DNA of 64,000 bases from Candidatus Micrarchaeia archaeon (GTDB lineage: Archaea > Micrarchaeota > Micrarchaeia > CAILAH01). Under the pieces are notes generated by a model that was not told the DNA's origin, did no database searches, and saw nothing but the letters and a program-made list of their open reading frames with translations. The DNA lies in NCBI GenBank assembly GCA_038874595.1, contig JAVZCB010000004.1, positions 32,001 to 96,000 on the forward strand, read 5' to 3'. The first letter of the stretch is position 1, and every line of letters begins with the position of its first letter. Below, piece after piece: positions 9,007-17,863 of the stretch. The position numbers and the translations under genes were made by a program.

Positions 9007-9765
9007 ATGCTATACGTTATAGGGACTGGGCTTTGGCGTGGTGATGATATTTCGTACAGGGGCACGGAGTTGTGCCGCAACTCATCCAAGGTATATATTG
9101 ACAGCTATACACGGGCATTTGATAGCAAAGAGCTTGCAAGGCTTGAGGAGATAATTGGAAAAAAAGCAATACTGCTGGGTAGGGATGAGCTTGAAGAAAA
9201 GCTCGGCTTCCTTAGAGAATCAAAGGATGTGGATGTTGTGCTGTTGGTGCCCGGCGACCCGCTGATCGCGACTACGCATATCACTATTATTATGGAGGCC
9301 AGAAGAAGAGGGATACGGTACGAAATCGTACACGGGAGCTCAATTTATGATGCGCTGATAGGTGAGGCTGGCCTCCACATATACAAGGTAGGTGGGAGTT
9401 GCACCATACCTATGAGAGAGAAAAAAATCAGGCCGTACAGCGTTTATGATAAGATTGCCGAGAACACAAAAAGAGGGATGCATACGCTTGTGTTTCTTGA
9501 TACCGCACCGGGTAAGGCGATGATGATAAACGAAGCCCTTGAAATTTTGCAGGAGATTGAAGAAGAGAAAAAGCAAGGAATTGCAAGGGATGAGAATAAG
9601 ATTGTTGTAGGGTGCAGGATTGGGAGCGCACAGCAAAACCTCGTTTACGGTAGTATTGGAACCATCAAAAAGATGCGATTCACGGGTCCGTGCGCGCTTG
9701 TTTTTCCTGGAGAGCTGCACTTTTCAGAAGAGGAATTTCTAAGTTTTTTTGAGGTGCGGGAATAG
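9007..9765 (+). CDS. dph5: Diphthine synthase
   Basis: MLYVIGTGL, VPGDPLIATTH, HGSSI, GLHIYK and GMHTLVFLD motifs. Confidence 0.93.
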   Translation: MLYVIGTGLWRGDDISYRGTELCRNSSKVYIDSYTRAFDSKELARLEEIIGKKAILLGRDELEEKLGFLRESKDVDVVLLVPGDPLIATTHITIIMEARRRGIRYEIVHGSSIYDALIGEAGLHIYKVGGSCTIPMREKKIRPYSVYDKIAENTKRGMHTLVFLDTAPGKAMMINEALEILQEIEEEKKQGIARDENKIVVGCRIGSAQQNLVYGSIGTIKKMRFTGPCALVFPGELHFSEEEFLSFFEVRE

Positions 9766-9797
9766 GCATAAAATACTTCCCAGTAATAGTTGATTGT

Positions 9798-10223
9798 ATG
9801 GCGCAGGGCACGGATTATAAGAGCATAATAAAGAAAATCGATGATGGGAAACAGCTTCAGGAAAAAGAGAAGGCACTTGTTAAAGAAGCGATTGATAAAT
9901 GGCTTACTGAGAATGCCGTGATTGCAAACGGGATAGCCAGCCTCGTGAAACTGACTGCAGATGAGGACTCTTTCATAAAAATACGCCAGGTCATAGAGAA
10001 TGCCAGGAAGCGTGCTGAAAGTGGAAAAGAGCAACTAACTCCGGAAGATGAAAAAAAGCTCTATAGCGCGCTCGCATACCTGCGGAAAGAAAGCTCTGAA
10101 AAGATTGTCAACTCGGTGAAAAATGGAGGTATACTTTTTTTGGCAATGCTTGATGACAAGCTTGCAAAAGTTGATATCGGGGAAATCGGCAAGCTGCAAA
10201 AAATGCTAAAGACACTTAAATAA
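9798..10223 (+). CDS. Hypothetical helical protein (141 aa)
   Basis: Lys/Glu-rich ORF filling the gap between dph5 and priL; no recognisable motif. Confidence 0.7.
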   Translation: MAQGTDYKSIIKKIDDGKQLQEKEKALVKEAIDKWLTENAVIANGIASLVKLTADEDSFIKIRQVIENARKRAESGKEQLTPEDEKKLYSALAYLRKESSEKIVNSVKNGGILFLAMLDDKLAKVDIGEIGKLQKMLKTLK

Positions 10224-10311
10224 GCAAATAAGTGCGCACACAACCAACAAATCCAAATCGCCCTATCCTGCTGATTCTTGTTGCCTGTTTGTGCAATATC
10301 ATCTCGGGAGC

Positions 10312-11244
10312 CTATTCCTGTTTCTGCTTGCCTTTTTTCGTAAATTGAAGGGGGTTTTTTATCCCGCATTGCGCTACACATAACCCCTGCGCACGGAGTG
10401 TATTACAGGATGGCATAGAGTACCCCTTTGACCTGATATGCTCAAGATGGTAGTTTACCTTCTTCTCATCATAATTTGGGGCGTGAGAGAATACCTCAAT
10501 AATCTTGCTGTTCTCCCAGCCGCGCCTTATAAGAAACACTGCAAGTGCCCATCTTTTTATGTGCGGCACGTTTGCGCCTGCCCTCAGCTCATTGATTATC
10601 TGCTCCATGCACGGTGCAATGTCCTGGCTCTGCCTGCCAAGCGCTGGGGAACGCAGGGAAAGCTCGGAGAGTATCTCATTTAGTGCTGGCTTTAGCTGCT
10701 TTTTCAGGCTCTCACTTATAAGAGAATCGCGGATTGGCAGGCCTTCAGAAATCTTGCGCTTTATGGCCTCTTTCAGGAGGACGCCTTTCTCGTGCTCACT
10801 TATCTTAACGCGGCCGCCAGCAACTTCCCTGTTTGACAAAAGCATTGATGCAAAAGTTGAGCTATAAGTAAGATAATCCCGGAGACTTACGTGCAGGTCA
10901 TCCCCCATGGACATCCCAAGTTCAGCCATTAAAAAGCCCTCATCGCGGTTTTTCCTGCATATCTCAAGTGCACGCGTCGCCTCAGCATCAACAAACGCAT
11001 CGATTTTGCGATTAAGCAATGAAACAAGAAGGCGGGACACTGCATACGCGCGCACATCGTTCAAGATATCTTCGGAAGAGAAATATGAAGGGGTTGGGAG
11101 CCTGCCGTGTCGTATAGCACTGAGCACACGCTGTTTTGCAAGCTCAATCGCTTTTGCATCAACATCTGCCGCCATGCGAAGAAGCTTTACCTCTGCTTTT
11201 GTACTGTCAAGGAAAGGGTAATAACCGTGCTGGCGCTTCAGCAT
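10312..11244 (-). CDS. priL: DNA primase large subunit
   Basis: YPFL N-terminus and Fe-S domain motifs APCM, H..R, PNYDEK, YSMPSC..L...GLC and C.IKNPL. Start moved to ATG 11244 to avoid overlapping the divergent gene. Confidence 0.9.
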   Translation of the reverse strand: MLKRQHGYYPFLDSTKAEVKLLRMAADVDAKAIELAKQRVLSAIRHGRLPTPSYFSSEDILNDVRAYAVSRLLVSLLNRKIDAFVDAEATRALEICRKNRDEGFLMAELGMSMGDDLHVSLRDYLTYSSTFASMLLSNREVAGGRVKISEHEKGVLLKEAIKRKISEGLPIRDSLISESLKKQLKPALNEILSELSLRSPALGRQSQDIAPCMEQIINELRAGANVPHIKRWALAVFLIRRGWENSKIIEVFSHAPNYDEKKVNYHLEHIRSKGYSMPSCNTLRAQGLCVAQCGIKNPLQFTKKGKQKQE

Positions 11245-11299
11245 ACCTTTGCTTATGAATGCAGAACATTTAATAAATTTAGAATAGTAATTTTCCCTT

Positions 11300-13435
11300 A
11301 TGAGACGTGCATTTATCCTCCTGCTGCTTATCGTCTCGTTGGGGTGGAGCTTTAATATACAGGAATATTTAAGCCCTAATGAGAGTGTCAAGAGTGTAAC
11401 CTATCTAGATATGGTTGGCCCTGACGGTGCATACGTGATGTATTATGTTGACAACGAGCCAATAATGCTAGTCAAGGGAGACCAGATTGTCGAGAATAAA
11501 GAGATACTAGTTGCCGTGCTTGAAGGATACTTCTTTAATAAGGATTTTCCAAAGGCAAGCGAGTTGCAGGAGATACACGAGAAGTGGCTGGAGTTCAATA
11601 AGTCCAGGTCATACACATTCAATAATGAATACGTACGGGAATTTTACCCCCCTGAAAAGTATTGCAAGCAGCTTACCGGCCTTACGGTGAGGCACTGCAA
11701 TAAAAACGAGACAAACTTCCACCCCTGCATTACATCCTGTGGTGCTGTGCCTATTTGCAGGGGCAGTATACTTGAAGGAGGCATCACATCCCTGCAGAAA
11801 ACAACAAGAGATTTTCTTGATGGAATTATGAGCCTTGATGACGAAACAATGAATTTGGACAGGTATGGCTCCCAAATTAGCGAAATTACGGAGAAGCTTG
11901 AAGGCATAAAATACTCTAATTACAATGCCCAGACGCGCAAGGACATTGAGGTGCTTGTTGCTGCAATGGAGGGGATAGAGGTTTCTGCAACTAAGATTGA
12001 AAATAATATACTGTTCTCAGACTTGTTGCCGGCTGCTGGGCTACAGCCATACTGCGGCCCAACCAATTACTCAAAAGATGCACAGGCATGGCTCACTGCA
12101 AAGGCCAAAACAATAAAAAGCAGGACATATAACCTGTTCCATGTTGATTCTATCGCGACAAGAGTTCTCGAGAAAACTGCACAAAGGAAAGAGTTAAAGG
12201 ATAAAATGAAGACGACAAACGAGTACAGCTCAAAGTTCAACAGGATTGATGGGATATACAATGACCTTTATGCAAAGTATGTCAAAGTGAGCAAGTATGT
12301 GAAAGATGATACGCTTACAGGCGATATTGAAACATTACGCGCAAAAAAGGATTCGGTGCGGGATGACATTTACATTGGCAATTATAACCGGGCCGACCTA
12401 ACCATAAAGCAGTTTGATGTGCTTGCGGAAACTTTCTCTTCAAGAGTAAATGAGTATTATAACAAAACAAACAAAATCGACGAATACAAAACACTTGCAG
12501 ATAAGAAATTCATAATGGCAGAGTGGGATATTGAAGCCACAAATATATTCCTAGGCCAGCAGTTGCAGGATGCAAAAGCAAAGAGGACTGCACTTGATGA
12601 GAGGCTTGCGGCAAAGATCGACCCGGAAGAGCTTGATATGATTATCCAAGAATACGAAGAAATCATAAAAGATGTAGATGAGATTATAAAAGCAAAAAGG
12701 GAGCACGCTTTAGATACAATAATGAGCAAGGTTGTTGCGGCCTCAAACTCATACTCAGATATGTTGGCGTCTGCGTATGCGGGCGCTAATGAAGGGAGCT
12801 TCCAGCAAAGGAGACAGGTACGCGAGTATGTGCTTCCTGCAACGCTTGTTGTTGTTGACTTGGTTGCAATAGGAATATTTATAGCCGCATTCGTGTATAT
12901 GGTCGGCTCAGGCAGGATACGCCTGAGAAAGATTGCTGCTGTGCTCTGGTCTTTCATATTCATAGCATTCTTTATGGCCGTTGCAGGGAGCTCAATCGCT
13001 TCTTATATGCTTATTGACCAGAAAACCAATAAGGCCAGTTTTGATTCGTTTTATACATATGTGGTTGGTAGCGATTCGGCCGTGATTGTGATTGATACAA
13101 AAAGCGGTAGTGTAAATGAAGAATGTGCACGGGAGCTTAAATCAACAATGGAAAGACAAATGAACAAAACAGTATACCTGTATAAATATACGCTTGAGGG
13201 GTGCGAGCTTGTTGATTACACCACGGGTGCGAATGTAACCGCGAGCTTAAATGAGAAAAAAACCGTTGATGCGTGCGAAGAGAGCATGGGGCAGATGCCG
13301 CGTGTGTTCATCAAGTCTGCACAAGAAGATTCAACAACATTCTCTGTCAAGTATTATCCAAGCGCAACGATTGCGGGCAGCCCTGATTATATCCAGTTAT
13401 GCCTCCTGAATACGATACTTAAAGAGGGACAGTGA
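11300..13435 (+). CDS. Hypothetical membrane protein: signal peptide, Cys-containing domain, long coiled-coil, two TM helices, C-terminal alpha/beta domain
   Basis: Architecture read from the translation. The C-terminal domain resembles the downstream 166-aa protein. Confidence 0.8.
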   Translation: MRRAFILLLLIVSLGWSFNIQEYLSPNESVKSVTYLDMVGPDGAYVMYYVDNEPIMLVKGDQIVENKEILVAVLEGYFFNKDFPKASELQEIHEKWLEFNKSRSYTFNNEYVREFYPPEKYCKQLTGLTVRHCNKNETNFHPCITSCGAVPICRGSILEGGITSLQKTTRDFLDGIMSLDDETMNLDRYGSQISEITEKLEGIKYSNYNAQTRKDIEVLVAAMEGIEVSATKIENNILFSDLLPAAGLQPYCGPTNYSKDAQAWLTAKAKTIKSRTYNLFHVDSIATRVLEKTAQRKELKDKMKTTNEYSSKFNRIDGIYNDLYAKYVKVSKYVKDDTLTGDIETLRAKKDSVRDDIYIGNYNRADLTIKQFDVLAETFSSRVNEYYNKTNKIDEYKTLADKKFIMAEWDIEATNIFLGQQLQDAKAKRTALDERLAAKIDPEELDMIIQEYEEIIKDVDEIIKAKREHALDTIMSKVVAASNSYSDMLASAYAGANEGSFQQRRQVREYVLPATLVVVDLVAIGIFIAAFVYMVGSGRIRLRKIAAVLWSFIFIAFFMAVAGSSIASYMLIDQKTNKASFDSFYTYVVGSDSAVIVIDTKSGSVNEECARELKSTMERQMNKTVYLYKYTLEGCELVDYTTGANVTASLNEKKTVDACEESMGQMPRVFIKSAQEDSTTFSVKYYPSATIAGSPDYIQLCLLNTILKEGQ

Positions 13436-13932
13436 TGAAGAAAGCCAATAACAGCACGTTTACAAAGCAAATCCTGCTTGTAATTGCTGCCATACTTGCA
13501 GTATCAGCAGTATATTTGCTATGGAGCGTGGGTGAAAAAGAGGATTATGGTGGGGAGCTCGTGCTAAGTGATAAGCAGATTAGCAATTATGAAGGGGCCT
13601 TCAAGCTTGCTGATGGGAAAAGGATTGCAATCGTAATGGATACGAGAGGGCTTACGCAGGAAAACAGAGTGTCGGTATACCAATGCGGTGTTGGGTTTGC
13701 ATCATCGCTTGCCCGTATCGGTAAGAACATAACTAATTTTGCCATTGAAGATAGTGGATGCTATGGGCCACTTAACAGAACGAGCATAACGAAATGTAAT
13801 GAGCTCATCCATGCTGAGGATTACATTATCCTGCTTAAGGGCGGTGAGCCAGATGCAAAATATTACGAGGACCACCTGCTTGTCATGGTCCCACAAAATA
13901 ATACGATGGAGTGCGGTGTGAAAGCAAAGTAA
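13432..13932 (+). CDS. Hypothetical membrane-anchored protein, paralogous to the C-domain of the upstream gene
   Basis: N-terminal TM helix, start overlapping the upstream stop, shared Cys spacing. Confidence 0.75.
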   Translation: MMKKANNSTFTKQILLVIAAILAVSAVYLLWSVGEKEDYGGELVLSDKQISNYEGAFKLADGKRIAIVMDTRGLTQENRVSVYQCGVGFASSLARIGKNITNFAIEDSGCYGPLNRTSITKCNELIHAEDYIILLKGGEPDAKYYEDHLLVMVPQNNTMECGVKAK

Positions 13933-13966
13933 GCGTAAAAATCGATGGGTGAAGCGCACTAAAATC

Positions 13967-15196
13967 CTAGTACCTTAAAAGAGCACCTATTCCAAAGAAG
14001 CCATTAAGGAACTGCCCACCTTCCGGAGTATCTGTTGATATGAATTCAATCCTTGCACCTGATGACTCTGCAAGGTTTTCCAGCTCCTCAACCATATCAG
14101 TATCCTCAAGCACAGAGACTTTCCCACCGCAGCTGCATGTGACTTCCTGGCCTTCCTGTGTAATATATGTGGTACCCTCCTGGCCGCATTTCTGGCATTT
14201 ATACCTTATCCTGTGCAGGTAAAGGCCTTCTGAGAGTAACAGGGTATTGACACGCTTGGATTCAAGTGCTTCCAGCACTTCCTTGACACCATAAGTTGCA
14301 AGGCCTCCCTTGACAACATTTTCAATGAACATCTGTACCAGCTTCCTTTCCTGTGCGGCTTCCTGATTTGCTATTATCTCCTCAAGCTTTTGCATAATCT
14401 CGTGTATGCCATTCTCATCGCTATATCCCGTATCTACTTTTCCAAGTATCTTAATCTGGTAGTTGAAGTACTTGCCATCAAGGAAGTAATCTTTTATTGG
14501 GCCAGGGCCTCCAACAATTACACCTTTCATATTCTGTACATTAAGGAAAACTTCATCCATCGCCTCGCCGACACGCTTGTAGTAGTCCTCCTTGCCGATT
14601 TCCACAAGGCGCTGGTACCGTGCGGCACTTTGGCCTCCCTTATGCGTTTTTGATGGTGCTGTTGAGTGAACATGCCTTACAATGCGGACGTTTTTCCCTT
14701 CAAGGATTGCAAGCGTTGCATCCGAGCCGTCAATTGCAAGCAGGCCATAAGATTCCTTTGGCTTTGTGAACACAAGCAGCGGCTCAAGAAAGAAAGATGA
14801 GTCGCACCTGTAAAGCTGTATCCCGATAGGGTCTGGGGGGACAATGTAAAACAGCTTGATATCGCTCTCCCCGGGGTTTTTTGAGATGTTGCCTGCAAAG
14901 ATAGCAATCCCGTTATCGGGTGGCTGGTTAAAATGCTTCAGGAAATTAAGGATGCGCTCAAGCGCACCTAAAACATTGTTCCGTGTCTGTTTTGATTTAA
15001 TATTGCTTGCTTGTGAATATTCAGAGCGTAGCCGCCCCGCAACATCACCAATTGGGTATTTTGGAGGTATGTAAAGAGAAATTAATTCTGTACCTGAACC
15101 GCGTATTTTGCTGAGCTCGGCTACCCTTTTCTTTATCTCGCGCCTGCTTGCTTCCAATTTTATATCCTGCTTGTCTTCACCTGTGATATAAACCAA
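13967..15196 (-). CDS. prf1: Peptide chain release factor aRF1
   Basis: GTELISLYIPP, ASNIKSK, YRCD and HKGGQSAARY motifs; Zn-ribbon insertion. Confidence 0.97.
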   Translation of the reverse strand: MVYITGEDKQDIKLEASRREIKKRVAELSKIRGSGTELISLYIPPKYPIGDVAGRLRSEYSQASNIKSKQTRNNVLGALERILNFLKHFNQPPDNGIAIFAGNISKNPGESDIKLFYIVPPDPIGIQLYRCDSSFFLEPLLVFTKPKESYGLLAIDGSDATLAILEGKNVRIVRHVHSTAPSKTHKGGQSAARYQRLVEIGKEDYYKRVGEAMDEVFLNVQNMKGVIVGGPGPIKDYFLDGKYFNYQIKILGKVDTGYSDENGIHEIMQKLEEIIANQEAAQERKLVQMFIENVVKGGLATYGVKEVLEALESKRVNTLLLSEGLYLHRIRYKCQKCGQEGTTYITQEGQEVTCSCGGKVSVLEDTDMVEELENLAESSGARIEFISTDTPEGGQFLNGFFGIGALLRY

Positions 15197-15206
15197 CTCC
15201 TTACAG

Positions 15207-15929
15207 TTACCTGTGGCTGGGCCCTAAACGCGGCAACTGCCGCATGCTTATGAAATTCTCCAGGCCCATCTTATTTAATAAATCCCTCATATAACTGCCG
15301 TCTACACGCGACAATTTGATTTCTTCTATGCGGGTGTTCTGGTTAGCAATGCCTTTTGAAATAGCATTAAGATGCCATGCTGCTGGAAGAATGTCGTCAT
15401 GCGCGGATATCTCGTATATCGCACCATAAACATCCACGTTTCCTGCTTTTACACCCGTTGTTGAAACCACAAAATCGCGCACGTGTGCCATCTGCGCCTT
15501 TGTATTTTCAATGATTGCGTTCTCAACCAGGTCACCGCTCACCGTGCTGGCGCGCTCCACAGATGGAAATATATACCGCATCAAACCTGCAATAGATGGG
15601 TGCACACCATCAAGCTTGCCACCATTGGAAAACAGCTTGCATGCTGTGGTTACCGCACCACATTTAGTATGCCCAAGCACAAGAATAGCCAGCTTGCCAT
15701 CCACCGAAAAGTGGGTAAGTGCATATGCAAGTGATGACTTTGATTCATCACCAAGCCCGAACACGTTGCCTGCGTTTTCAATCGCAAAAACCTCGCCAGG
15801 GTTTGCACCCAAGAGATTGATATCAACACGCGAATCTGAGCAGTATATCGCTACAAGGGGCGGGTTTTGGCCTTCTTTCAGCTTCTCCAAAAGTTCCTCG
15901 CGCGATTGTGGTCCAATCATATCTGCCAT
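15207..15929 (-). CDS. Beta-class carbonic anhydrase
   Basis: Zn-binding motifs CSDSR, ENAGN and GHTKCGAV. Confidence 0.88.
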   Translation of the reverse strand: MADMIGPQSREELLEKLKEGQNPPLVAIYCSDSRVDINLLGANPGEVFAIENAGNVFGLGDESKSSLAYALTHFSVDGKLAILVLGHTKCGAVTTACKLFSNGGKLDGVHPSIAGLMRYIFPSVERASTVSGDLVENAIIENTKAQMAHVRDFVVSTTGVKAGNVDVYGAIYEISAHDDILPAAWHLNAISKGIANQNTRIEEIKLSRVDGSYMRDLLNKMGLENFISMRQLPRLGPSHR

Positions 15930-15964
15930 ATTATCACAACTCCTTGAATGCATATAATGTAGTG

Positions 15965-16534
15965 TTATAGTCCTTTGGAAATCTTAAACATGAGCAGGTC
16001 ACGGCGGCACTGCTCAACAAGCGAGCGTGCCACATCGAGCTTTCTCCTGAACCCTGGGAGTATTGAGTTTGAGAACCTGAGCGGCAAGAGCAATTCGTAT
16101 GTGCTGCTCATCACCTCAAACAGTCTTGTTGCAGTTTCATAGTCATCCTTTCTCATGTGCTCTATTATCTCACGCCGTGCCTCCCCAAGCGCATCGAGAA
16201 GGCCGAGCAGGTACGCTTCCGGTGGCACACCGAGGTCTTTATAATGTGGCAGTGGCTGGTTGCCAAGCATGTGCAAAAGGAGCTGTGCCTCTGCATACTC
16301 CTGTTGTGCCACAAGCACTAAGGAATTGGATGAACCCTGCATCCCCAAGACCTGCGGTTTGATACCTTCAAGCATCTTGTTTGCGTCATCCGCCCTACCT
16401 GCATGCATCAGCTGCATTGCCCTGCCACATACACGTATTATTTCCTCACACTTCTCCTTAACCATTAGGTAGGAGGACTCTTCCTCTAAAAGCACCTTCG
16501 AAGCATCTGAAATGATATCTGAGATATCCTGCAT
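15965..16534 (-). CDS. Translin/TRAX (C3PO) family protein
   Basis: QEYAEA, YLLGLLDALGE.RR and RRKLDVARSLVE motifs. Confidence 0.88.
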   Translation of the reverse strand: MQDISDIISDASKVLLEEESSYLMVKEKCEEIIRVCGRAMQLMHAGRADDANKMLEGIKPQVLGMQGSSNSLVLVAQQEYAEAQLLLHMLGNQPLPHYKDLGVPPEAYLLGLLDALGEARREIIEHMRKDDYETATRLFEVMSSTYELLLPLRFSNSILPGFRRKLDVARSLVEQCRRDLLMFKISKGL

Positions 16535-16585
16535 AGGGGAATTTGGGTGCTAAACATTTATATAAAAAACCGCCGATTATAGGCT

Positions 16586-17836
16586 ATGCAAAAGATGTAT
16601 TTGGCATTGCTGATTATCTTCGTGTCTTTAGTACAACTTGTGGGTGCTGCGGTTTGCGTGTACGAGCCACGGCTCAATGTGTCCTCAAGTTCTGTGACGA
16701 CATTATTCCCACACGCTGGCGATAAAATAGCACTGCAAGCACTGCTGCAAAGCGATGAGTTATATGCTGGCGTGATGGAAATCTATCTTAGAAAGGGTGA
16801 GTTGAAATACCCGCTGGCAAGCAGGGAGATATACATCGTTCCGGGAGATAATAAGATATCTCAGGAGTTAGAGCTTCCAAGGATGCTTGCTTCTGGTGTT
16901 TATGAGCTCAATTTAAGGATTGGTGGGTTTGTATATAAGTTGCCTTTGATTATTAATGGGAGCGAAACAGAAGATAAGGTATTTGTAAGCGAGGATATGG
17001 GGACGCTTGAGGTTATTGCTTTAACAGATACGCCTGTAATTGTTGTGCAGGAAATCGTGTTCGCAGATGGCAGGCGCGCGAACAAGGAGTATTCGGTTAC
17101 ACCGGTTAATAATACTGCTGTAATAAGGGAGATGGCTTGTGATGACTGTCTTCAGAGAATCAAGATAAGTAACAATGAGTTGTGGGCAGTCATTGAAAAA
17201 ATATATGGGGTTTATGAAGAGCCATACGCAAAGGTTATTGGGCTTAAAAAAGATAAGTTAGAGCTTGAGGTGTGTGCACCAGGAGAGTATACTGTATACA
17301 TAAATGGTGAGAATAAGGGAAAGATGAAAAACAAAGGGGACATTGAAACTGAATTGCAGAGCGGTTATGAGAAAGTGAGCCTAATATTATATGGAAAAGG
17401 GGAGATACTTAGCAAAGGGATTGACCTTGGCGAGTTCAGGGATGAGAATGCTAATATCTCAGTGAAGGTTATTGCACAGCAGCCGTTTACGGTGCGCCTC
17501 AGCGCAATGGATAGGTTTGGAAGGGAAGTGCTGAGCACAGGTGAGATAGAGATTATAGATGAGAGTGGGAATACGTTTTATGATAAGGTATCATTCGCGG
17601 GGAGCACAGAAAGGAAGTACAACTTGGCGGAAGGGAGATATATTGTAAAGTACAATGGTGTAAGTACAACGGGGTCTGCGGTGCCTGAACCGGCCGTTCC
17701 TTTACCACAAACTCAGCCAAAATATGAGCTTGTCCCAGCCGACCTTGTACCGGTTATTGCAGCTGTCCTGGTGCTTGCAGTGGTGGTTGCCATATTTGCC
17801 TTGATGAAGATGAAGAACTGGAGAAGAAATGTTTAA
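16586..17836 (+). CDS. Secreted multi-Ig-like protein with C-terminal TM anchor
   Basis: Signal peptide, beta-rich repeats (G.Y.L/V), Pro-rich linker, TM helix and basic tail. Confidence 0.75.
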   Translation: MQKMYLALLIIFVSLVQLVGAAVCVYEPRLNVSSSSVTTLFPHAGDKIALQALLQSDELYAGVMEIYLRKGELKYPLASREIYIVPGDNKISQELELPRMLASGVYELNLRIGGFVYKLPLIINGSETEDKVFVSEDMGTLEVIALTDTPVIVVQEIVFADGRRANKEYSVTPVNNTAVIREMACDDCLQRIKISNNELWAVIEKIYGVYEEPYAKVIGLKKDKLELEVCAPGEYTVYINGENKGKMKNKGDIETELQSGYEKVSLILYGKGEILSKGIDLGEFRDENANISVKVIAQQPFTVRLSAMDRFGREVLSTGEIEIIDESGNTFYDKVSFAGSTERKYNLAEGRYIVKYNGVSTTGSAVPEPAVPLPQTQPKYELVPADLVPVIAAVLVLAVVVAIFALMKMKNWRRNV

Positions 17837-17863
17837 ATACGAAGAAAATGAAAATTTGGATGT

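Noticed and set aside
11245-11391. N-terminal extension of PriL overlapping the divergent gene
   Set aside because: Homology begins at MLKRQHGYYPFL; the extension is a longest-ORF artefact.
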